Part shown: piece after piece, positions 54,185-64,000 of the stretch
How the letters are laid out: every line of letters starts with the position of its first letter
Numbering within the stretch: the first letter of the stretch is position 1
DNA from: Eledone cirrhosa
Lineage: Eukaryota
Assembly (NCBI GenBank): GCA_964016885.1
Contig: OZ024740.1
Coordinates: 67,828,001 to 67,892,000, forward strand
Length of the DNA stretch: 64,000 nt
Direction: 5' to 3'
Position numbers and translations under genes: made by a program
The notes under the pieces: model-generated
Databases searched by the model: none
Seen by the model: the letters and a program-made list of their open reading frames with translations, nothing else
Told to the model about the DNA's origin: nothing

Positions 54185-55333
54185 GTATAATAAGTTGAAG
54201 CCACTAGTATAAGTTTCCTTGCTAGTACAGGTTGCATCTCAGCGTACTCAGTAGGTAAGGATATGTAAAAAATCCCAGAGTAGACACAAAGATAGTTGCT
54301 TCAATACGAGACACGTAAATGGGCAGCATAAATATATACCCATATCCGGCCTCTTTTAATGCACCAAGAGAGCATATCGCATCTACTGTCTGCATTTATT
54401 ATGCAACAATGCATAATCAGTGCACGTGGCTTCATCAGTGTGTCTCGCCTAATCAATAACCAATCGATCGACATAATTCGATTCCAATCCATGCCGCCTA
54501 TGGCAGTGAATGCGTCAGGAAACACAATAGTACCTTATTAACTGAAATATCTACGCGTTACTAAAATGCGGTCAACCGATTGGCCACTAGTTCACAAATT
54601 TACGTGATGATAGGAGTCAAATTTCTGTAGGTATTGCCCTCCTATGAACGAATCGATATATGCTCGGAAGCTGATTTTCCACGCGTGGTTATGGTTGTTG
54701 TAGAGAATTTACATAGGAACTGAAATCGATAATTCACGTTGGCCTCTGTGCCTATGTCAACAAATTGAAATTACTCACTATACTTTCATTCGTGGCGTAA
54801 TCAGATGATTGCTGACCTGCACTTAGATAGGTTATGTGAGCTGCCGCTCTTTTCAGCATTCTGTCGGCTATTTACCCAATAGACTTTTCCTACCTGGCAA
54901 GTTTTGGGAGGGTCGTAACGCTGGCCTTAGTGTTAGAAATAATTATTGGCCTTGCAGGTATACCTGTTAATAAGACCCGTATTTCTATTTTGCCATTAAC
55001 CAATTTTTAATAATTGTGCTTGGCAAATATATTCCGGGATTCAAAAAAAATATTTGGGTGCTGGTGAAAAAGAATCTCTTAAGTATCTGAAATCTTTCTT
55101 TGATGAACTCTTGAAATTCTTATTATTCTCTGAGCGTTATCCGCCTGTTCGTACTTCATGCGTACTAACGTCCTATGAACGAATCGATATGATAAGCTCA
55201 AAAGCTGATTTTCCACACGTGGTTTTTGCTGCTGTAGAGCAGTTATATAGGAAGCAAAATCGATAACTCTCGTTAGCCTCAGTGCCTATAACAACAAATC
55301 GATTTCAATTCCCCCACAATATATATACATATA

Positions 55334-56185
55334 CGAGGTGGGTCAGAAAAATTCCAGGAATGATGTCACAAAAGATATATTTCAAACCCAAACTTCACAC
55401 TAAGAGTTTTCTCCTTCAAAATAATCTCCCTGGAGTCTAATGCACTTTTTCATCCTTTTCTGCCACGCTTGCATGCACTCCTGGGAGGATACGTCCCGGA
55501 TCCTCCGCAGTTCCGTCGTCACGGCCTTTTTTTATGTCGCCCACGTCTTCAAAACGGGTCCCCTTCGGGTCGTACTCAAAGAACCATGACTCATCATCGG
55601 TGATGACTGTCCCTAGCAAGTCTGGTTCAAGACGCTCGAGAATGCCCTGGTACACTTGCATACGTCGACCCTTCTTGTCATCGTTAAGCAGTTTTGGCAC
55701 CATCTTCGCGCAGACTTTCCGCATGTCCAAATGTTCAGTGAGAATCTTCCAAACGCTGTCCCGATTCATGCGCCGCTCATTTACCATCAGTCGAACATTC
55801 TGCCGACGGTCGCTACGCGCCATCTGCCTGACGTGCTCAACGTTGACGTCAGTCCTGGTTGTTGAGGGCCTTCCGCTCCTGGGGTCATCGTGTCCTTCTT
55901 TAAAGCTATTGCACCACTCAAAAACACGTGAGCGTGACTTCGTCTCATCTCCATACACTTGCTGCAGCAATCCCAGTGCTTCTGACGGAGTTTTTAAGTT
56001 TGTTCGTTACTCTGTTCTCATTGTATATAAAATTATGAAAAAGAAAGTGTGATCGCTGCAGAGAGCTGAGATTACAGTTACATACTCCAGGTAGATTACT
56101 TTGAAGGAGAAAACTCTTAGTGTGAAGTTTGGGTTTGAAATAAATCTTTTGTGACATCAGTCCAGAACTTTTCTGACCCACCTCC
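55334..56185 (-). mobile_element. Internally deleted Tc1/mariner DNA transposon
   Basis: TA TSD, about 105-bp inverted ends (CGAGGTGGGTCAGAAAA...TTTTCTGACCCACCTCC), transposase remnant. Confidence 0.92.
55437..55970 (-). pseudogene. Mariner transposase remnant
   Basis: VFEW..F..DDPRSGRP, KVCAKMVPKLL, VITDDESWFFEYDP joined directly to KGTRFEDV (most of the catalytic core deleted). Confidence 0.88.
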
Positions 56186-56467
56186 TATATAAATATATAT
56201 ATGTTTGTGTGTGCGTCTGTGTATGGCCAGAGATGATTTTGTCTGCGTGATTGTGTGTGCGAAGAGGAATTACTATTAATAAATTTGCAGAAATATGCAT
56301 ACATATGTAAACACAATATTAATGTATACAAACACGCATATTATTATTGAACGTAACGCTCTTCACACAGATGCAGAAAACGAACAACGGACCAACACAT
56401 GTCTTTGTATAGGCGTGGAAGTCGTTTTATGATTATATTCGAGTATATATATGTGTGTTTATGTGTA

Positions 56468-56535
<68 letters not shown>

Positions 56536-57082
56536 TATATATATATGTATATATGTATATATTTACATACTCTCATACATACACACAAATATATTTATGG
56601 GAGTTTAGATACACAAGCCCCGTTTTATTTTACTTAAGCATATTTATATTGCCATAAAAAATGATAAGACTATCAGTGTTCAGTTAAGGTTCGTTTCCCG
56701 AAGCAGCAATGCGTGCGAGAGAAAATTTCTGGCTACTCAAGACATTAACACAAAGGAAGCTTTTATGGGGTTAGAGCGGGGGTTGTCTACCATTTTCAGA
56801 TCCCTTTATGTCAATATCTTTCAGATATACCACACAAGAACCGTGTCTGAATGGGGAAGTGGTGTAATGTTATGTGTGAATATATGTATGTATGTATATG
56901 TGTATATATATATATATATGTGTGTGTGTGTATATGCATATATATATATATATACGTATATTTGTATATATATATATATGTACGTATATGTGTATATATA
57001 TGTGTGTATATATATATATGAAAGTATATGTGTGTGTATATATATATATATCCATATATAAACATTCACACGCACAAACATA

Positions 57083-57160
<78 letters not shown>

Positions 57161-57374
57161 AATATAAATTAGCGAGAATCGTATTTCGGCTATTGGAAAT
57201 TAGCGAAAATCAACTTCCGAGATGTGTGGCAAGCGCTCCATAGAAGCTAGTGAACTAGAGCTACAACATAAGTTAAGAGGCCAAACACACTGAGACGATG
57301 GTTAAACCATTATCCGCACAGCCATAGAAACGACCAAGTAATTCGGGTCAAACAAATAAAATATGATTGAAAAG

Positions 57375-57407
<33 letters not shown>

Positions 57408-57456
57408 ATGCACTGGGTAATTGCTGGCCTTGTGTCTAAAGTAGAAACAATTATAT

Positions 57457-57579
<123 letters not shown>

Positions 57580-58217
57580 CGTATATATATATATGTATGA
57601 ATGAGCTATCTGTAATATTCTTCTGTCGCAGGCGCATATTCACATATACACATTTCGTTTGAGCACAAGCGATATTCAGTCACAAGAACAAATATATGCA
57701 AATACCTACACGCTCAAGTACATATATATCCCTAGATGGAAACTTATGTATGTTGCTACTGAACGCATAATTATGGAAACTAAAATATCCATATTCATTT
57801 TGTATGTGAAGTGATGTACGTATTATAATAAATTTATGTAACAACATAAAGCGTACCCTTTTGAACGTTTAAAAAATACAGTAGATAAAAAACTATGGTT
57901 AGAAAAAAGTGGAAAAAATAATTGTTTCTACATTTGGCACAAGGCCAGCAATTACCAGTACATTACTGGTAGTGGAAAAAATAATGAATGTGTAAACCAC
58001 TTTAAAAATCTTCGTGGATTAATCAAAAAGCACTACGTTAGTCATAAGGCTAAAAAACAAAAACAAAATAGAATAAAATAAGTGTAAAATTACATTTTGA
58101 TAATCGAAACCTGTATTCAACCATATAATATGAGCAAATCCATACAAAAGCGTATTACACGTGACACTTTATGGAATTCATAGTGAAATATTTACAATAT
58201 CACTTTTATAATGTTAA

Positions 58218-58800
58218 TAATTGTTTCTACGTTTGGCACAAGGCCAGCAATTTTTCAGTGCATTACTGGTACTTTATTTTATCGACCCTGTAAGGATGAA
58301 AGGCAAAGTTAACCTTAGCGGGATTTGAACTCAGAATGGCAAGGACCGTAACTCTATACGTCAAAGCATGGCGTCCAACCCTATGGTGTTTATATAGGCA
58401 CAAGGCCAGCAATTTTGGGGGGAGGAGAAAGTTGATTAAATCGACCTCAGTGCATTAATGCTACTTTATTTTATCGACCCCGTAAGGATGAAAGGCAATA
58501 TTATCCTCGGCGGGATTTGAACTCAGATCATAAAGGGCCGTAACTCTATGCTGCAAAGAATGGAATCCGAATCTCTTCCGATACTTCCAATCCACTGCCC
58601 TCTATATTATTAATAATTGTTTCTACTTTTGGCACAAGGCCAGCAAATTAACCAGTGCATTACTTGTACTTTATTTTATCGACCTCGTAAGGATGAAAGG
58701 CAAAATACCCTCGGCTGGATTTGAACTCAGAATGGCAAGGACCGTAATTCTATGCGTCAAATCATGGCGTCCGACGCTCCAGCGATACTGCCAATCCACG
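58218..58800 (-). mobile_element. Three head-to-tail SINE copies
   Basis: TAAGGATGAAAGGCAA core at about 58290, 58482 and 58688; extra tail fragments at 57408 and 57918. Confidence 0.85.
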
Positions 58801-59754
58801 TCCTTTATAATATTAATAATAATAGATGTTTTCGTTTAGAGTGATAAATGTGCGGGTTTAATTCACACGTATTTTAAACGGCAATGAAGAATTTTTTTTT
58901 TTTTTACTTTAGTATAATTTTGCTACCTATAAAAACAAGTAATTAAGAAGTAGATCGATCGTTCTTTCTCTATGGAATTAAAGAAGTAGGAAATGAGAGG
59001 TGCGTTCGATAGAAGTTGAGAGAGAAAAGGTTATGCTAGAAATTGTAAATGAAAACTTTTACAAATTACGCTTAAAAAATTACGCACAAATGTCTGTGTG
59101 TATTTACACCCACATGTGCCGAATATAACTGTGTAAGTCGTGATCACATGTAAAGGTCTACCTCATATATATATATATATATATATATAGTTTTGCGAGG
59201 TTTTTTATATGAAATCGTGTGTCGAAACAGATATTGTTATATTTGGGGAGGGTCATATTTGCGTAATATTGCCAGAATTAATAACAGAACACACTCACTG
59301 TTTGGTTGGTTTTCGCTTCTCGCTGTCTTTTATATATATATATCTGCGATCTAACTTACTCGGTCCTCAATGTTGCCATTGACTGACCGGCGGTCAAAAA
59401 ATAATACAGATACAATATAGACAAACACATATATATATAGTTTACATAAATCTTTCGTTGCACATCTGCAACATCGTCAGTGGTGTTATATTCATTGTTC
59501 CTCCTGTTGTGTAGTATGTCTACGCCATTTTTTTTTTGTTCAGTCTGTCTATATATTTATTTATTTATTTGCTTGTTTGTTTATCTTATTTTATTTTGTC
59601 TTCTTTGCGCATGCGTTTGCGTGTGTGTATAGTGTTATGTGTGATGTGTGACTAGTGTGTATAGTGTTGTGTCTGCTGGGTGACTAGTGTGTGTTTATGT
59701 GCTTGTGTATGTATTTATTTATCTTATTTTATTTAATTTAATTTACTTATTTAT

Positions 59755-61905
59755 TTATACTTCTCTTAGGTCAGTGTTGTTTGTTTGGGTGTTGTTGTTG
59801 TTCCTCTCATTCTTTCTGTTTAGCTTTGGTCTTCTAATTTCTATTTCACTGGCCTCTCTGATTTGCCTATCTGCTGGGTCATTCCTATGTTTAGATATTA
59901 TTCTAATTTCTATGTTGTCTATGTTACCGTCATGATGTTGTCTAGCATGTTCGTATAGTACTGACCCGTTTTTTCGTCCTTTTAGTTCCCCCCAGTGTTG
60001 GTCTATCCTTTCACCTATGCTACGAGCTGTCTCACCTATGTATGTTGTTGTCGTGTTTCTGCAAGTACCCTCTGTACATCTTATGCTATAGACTACGTTT
60101 CTAGTTTTACAGTTTATCCGGGGGTTCACCTTACATATGATACATTTCCTATTGGTACAGTGGGTTTTCTTAAAAGGGTAGGTTTTGCTGATCAGGGATT
60201 TTATGGTGGTTCCTGGCTTTTCTACCACCTTTATTTTTAAGTGGGTCTTTCTCAGGGCCTTTCTACACTGGTTAGCTAATTTCCCTCCAGGGGTGGCGTC
60301 CACAAACATGACACTCTGATATCTCTGGTTGTCGTACCATGATATGGCCTTCCCTATCTTATGTCTAGCCCTATCTAAGCTATTCCATGATTTGCTCCTG
60401 TATAGTGGGCAAATTCCTTTCATGTCCAGTTCTATGAGGGTCTTATACTTTTCCATGGCTCCTTCGTATACTCTGACTCTGTCTCTTTGGTTGTAGCCAG
60501 AGAACTGCATGCGGTTGATGAAGTGTTGGATGTGTCCTTCCATTTCTGTTGGGTCGCACATGCTGGACACATTCTTCATCACTCGTACCAAATCTGCGAT
60601 CAGAATATTAAACTTAGCACTACTGGACATTGCTGAGTTTTTGAGTATCAGGTATTTGGAGGCCATGGGTTTAGCATAGTGTGAGTGGAGAATTTGGGCT
60701 CTCTCGTCTATAGTGTTAATCCAGAGTTCTGTGTCTAATACAGGTAGTCTATTGTTAGGGTGTTTGGAAGGGAAGTCTATAGTTACAGTTATACTCTGGT
60801 GTATGGAATTAGCTATCTGCTGGATGCTTTCCATCGTGCTACGTTCTAAATCAAACTTGTTAGTGCTCTCTAGTGGGGGTGTTCTTATAACTATATTGAT
60901 ATCGTCTACATAACGAGAGTACATGATGAGGTCTATGGAGCTTTCATTAAGGAGATCTTTAAGTCTCCTTTCCCACCATACCATGAAAAGGTTGGCAACA
61001 TCGCCAGCTATGCTGACGCCGATAGCTGCTCCCTCATTTTGGGTGTAGATTTTCTCATTGAACTTAAATATGTGGCCTTTAGGGTAGTTTTGATACTAGC
61101 CCCTATTGCATGTGCGACCATTTTTCTTACCTGATCAGTGTTTTGGGGGGTCCGTATAGCTTTGGTCCACCCAATCCACCTTCCTATGGGAGTCTTTTTA
61201 GCCATTGAGGTTATGGTGGGGGGTCTACCTCTTATAGGTCTACTAGGGCAGAAACATCTAAGGTCATGGCTGTCTAGGTAGTCAGTGTCGTAGGTAAGTC
61301 TAAGTAGGAGGCCCAGTTCGTCTGTGTCGACGTCGCAGAACTCCACCTCACTCTCAATGATCATCTCCACACATCTTTTCACAGCAAAATCAATGTTAAT
61401 GGATGGGTACAGTGACACCACATCCATGCTGCCTATTATGCAGTTGGATAGGCTCCTGTTTTTGTTGCACTCACTGATTCTGCTGAGGAGGTCCTCTGTA
61501 CTTTCACATACATCTGGGGACATCTTGATTATGGGGCGTATAACCATTGAGAGGAAGTAGGAGATCCTGTAGTTGCTAGCTATATTAGCTCCGCATACAG
61601 GTCTTGTTGGTGGTCCTATTGTCGGGTCGTCGACTGTCTTGTGGTCTTTGCGGAGCCCATACAAGGGTGGTATGCCATTGTTAGACGCCTGGAAGTTGTT
61701 GGCAGTGCGTCTGCTTGGCTTTAGGATGTCAGTCCACATCATCATGTGAGCGTTGAGGATTTTTTCTCTCCCATCGTGTGTTAGTTGTGCAACTTCGCTC
61801 GTGTTGGTGATGTGGGGTTGCATTGCCTCGATGTAGTTCGGCATGCTATCTATTGACATCCTACCAGACTTATCTGTGGGTAGACACACTACCTCACCAT
61901 CCCTA
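59755..61905 (-). pseudogene. Penelope RT-GIY-YIG ORF, 5'-truncated, one frameshift near 61080
   Basis: PTDKSG, LYGLRKDHK, TRPV, SMDVVSLYPSI, YTQNEGAAIG, RYVDD, LPVLDT, CTNRKCIIC, VVYSIRC..YIGETARSIGERIDQH. Confidence 0.92.
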
Positions 61906-62073
61906 GTCACACATCACACATAACACTATACACACACGCAAACGCATGCGCAAAGAAGACAAAATAAAATAAGATAAACAAACAAGCAAATAAATAAATA
62001 AATATATAGACAGACTGAACAAAAAAAAAATGGCGTAGACATACAACACAACAGGAGGAACAATGAATATAAC

Positions 62074-62114
62074 ACCACTGACGATGTTGCAGATGTGCAA
62101 CGAAAGATTTATGT
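62074..62114 (+). ncRNA. Candidate minimal hammerhead in the Penelope pLTR (mirror copy about 59445-59485 minus, element sense)
   Basis: CTGACGA t gttgca-gatg-tgcaac GAAA gatt TA; stem I is weak (2 bp). Confidence 0.5.
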
Positions 62115-62319
62115 AAACTATATATATATGTGTTTGTCTATATTGTATCTGTATTATTTTTTGACCGCCGGTCAGTCAATGGCAACATTGAGGACCGAGT
62201 AAGTTAGATCGCAGATATATATATATAAAAGACAGCGAGAAGCGAAAACCAACCAAACAGTGAGTGTGTTCTGTTATTAATTCTGGCAATATTACGCAAA
62301 TATGACCCTCCCCAAATAT

Positions 62320-62440
<121 letters not shown>

Positions 62441-62459
62441 AATATACATATATATATAT

Positions 62460-62512
<53 letters not shown>

Positions 62513-62882
62513 CATATATATAAGTTGTAATATAATGAAACGAAATTTCATTTCTCACACTTAGTACGGCACTTACTTAAATGTAAGTATGTATGTAGAC
62601 GTACATACATATATGTATACAGACGTTAATTTTCATAAGGAAAGTATATACTTTCGAAAGTTCAACTATCTGGCAGAAGGGTATACGGTGCTGATGATAG
62701 CTAACAAGCTTGAAACTAGTACATCGTACCTGTGTCAGTGTTGAACAAAAAGGTGACGTGGTTGCCTTAACACCGTATGGCATAAATCAGGCTGTTCGCT
62801 TGTTTACAAACGGACAAAGCGGGCGTTATAATAAACGTTCGCTAAACTGATACGTACATATATATATGTGTACCTGTATGTA

Positions 62883-62977
<95 letters not shown>

Positions 62978-62986
62978 GTGTATATA

Positions 62987-63039
<53 letters not shown>

Positions 63040-63041
<2 letters not shown>

Positions 63042-63950
63042 GCGATTTAAAGATTTACAGAAACCCAAGAAGCTAGATTTACCATCTTTCTAGCGGGTGC
63101 GGGTAAGCTTTTTACATTCATATGATTTATTGATTTATTGATATTTTATCTGAGTGACCCGAATCTTCCGGATCGTAATTTTTCGCGCGTATGGTTGATT
63201 TTAGACATGATCTAAGTGTGTTGGTATTTTAACGATAGTTATAGCTCTGATTTATCTGAATTATTGAGCCCTCTGCCACTCATGTCGAATTTTGTTTATC
63301 GTGAACTCGTGCGCCGATTTTTCGATACTCGATTATTCTACTATATTTAGCTCTAGACGTAGCTATTGACCAGTTAATTTTATTGTTCATTTTTTGTCGA
63401 TTCTATTAAATGATGAATAGCTCCTGTTTATTTTAACATGTCTATTGAGCACTCTTATTCGATATGTGATTTTCCACATTCCAGAATATTTTTCGCCGAT
63501 ATAGAGGTTATCTCCCTTGCTGGATTCCATGTGCGTTTTCAGCTAGGGTTGTGCTTTTTTATTCGTCTGGACAAAGCTCGTTGATAAAGTATTTCCTGTC
63601 CGCCGCTCCCTAGAAGTCTTATATATTTTTATGTGGGCTGATAGTGGGCGATTTAAGGATTTACAGAAACCCAAGAAGCTAGATTTACCATCTTTCTAGT
63701 GAGTCCGGGTAAGCTTTTTACATTCATATGATTTATTGATTTATTGATATTTTATCTGAGTGACCCGAATCTTCCGGATCGTAATTTTTCGGTCGTATGG
63801 TTGATTTTAGACATGATCTATGTGTGTTGGTATTTTAACGATAGTTATAGCTCTGATTTATCTGAATTATTGAGCCCTCTGCCATTCATGTCGAATTTTG
63901 TTTATCGTGAACTCGTGCGCCGATTTTTCGATACTCGATTATTCTACTAT
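63040..63950. repeat. About 606-bp partial tandem duplication (1.5 units) between (TA)n tracts
   Basis: gggcgatttaa(a/g)gatttacagaaacccaag at 63040 and 63646. Confidence 0.85.
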
Positions 63951-64000
63951 ATATATGTATATATATATATATATATATGCATGCTACTGTACGTCTGTAT

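Noticed and set aside
54640-55300. About 130-bp diverged direct repeat (54640-54770 and 55171-55300) as possible LTRs
   Set aside because: No TG..CA ends, PBS, TSD or internal coding sequence; treated as an old local duplication.

Overview
AT-rich, microsatellite-saturated eukaryotic (metazoan) DNA with no confidently identifiable host gene. The SINE family and repeat landscape resemble an octopus/cephalopod genome (inference). Contents: (1) two diverged full-length Tx1/L1-type non-LTR retrotransposons (about 3009-8825 minus, 42325-48112 plus); (2) a full-length Ty3/Gypsy LTR element (25145-30459; 263-bp LTRs, TATG TSD, tRNA-Trp PBS, GGGAAAC -1 frameshift signal); (3) a 5'-truncated Penelope-like element (RT + GIY-YIG) between inverted pseudo-LTRs (59231-62327) plus older Penelope remnants; (4) an internally deleted mariner; (5) many tRNA-derived SINEs; (6) Helitron/DINE-like non-autonomous elements; (7) several unrelated families of tandem or fold-back repeats in (TA)n tracts carrying type I hammerhead ribozyme motifs. 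Two observations stand out. First, in both Tx1 copies ORF2 is bracketed by a splice donor on the ORF1 stop codon and an acceptor on the ORF2 stop codon, so splicing would delete ORF2 and, in copy 1, recreate the ORF1 stop exactly. Second, there are retrozyme-like hammerhead arrays showing covariation and an inversion junction that falls on the predicted self-cleavage site. All of this was read by eye; no searches, alignments or folding were run, and boundaries are approximate unless stated.
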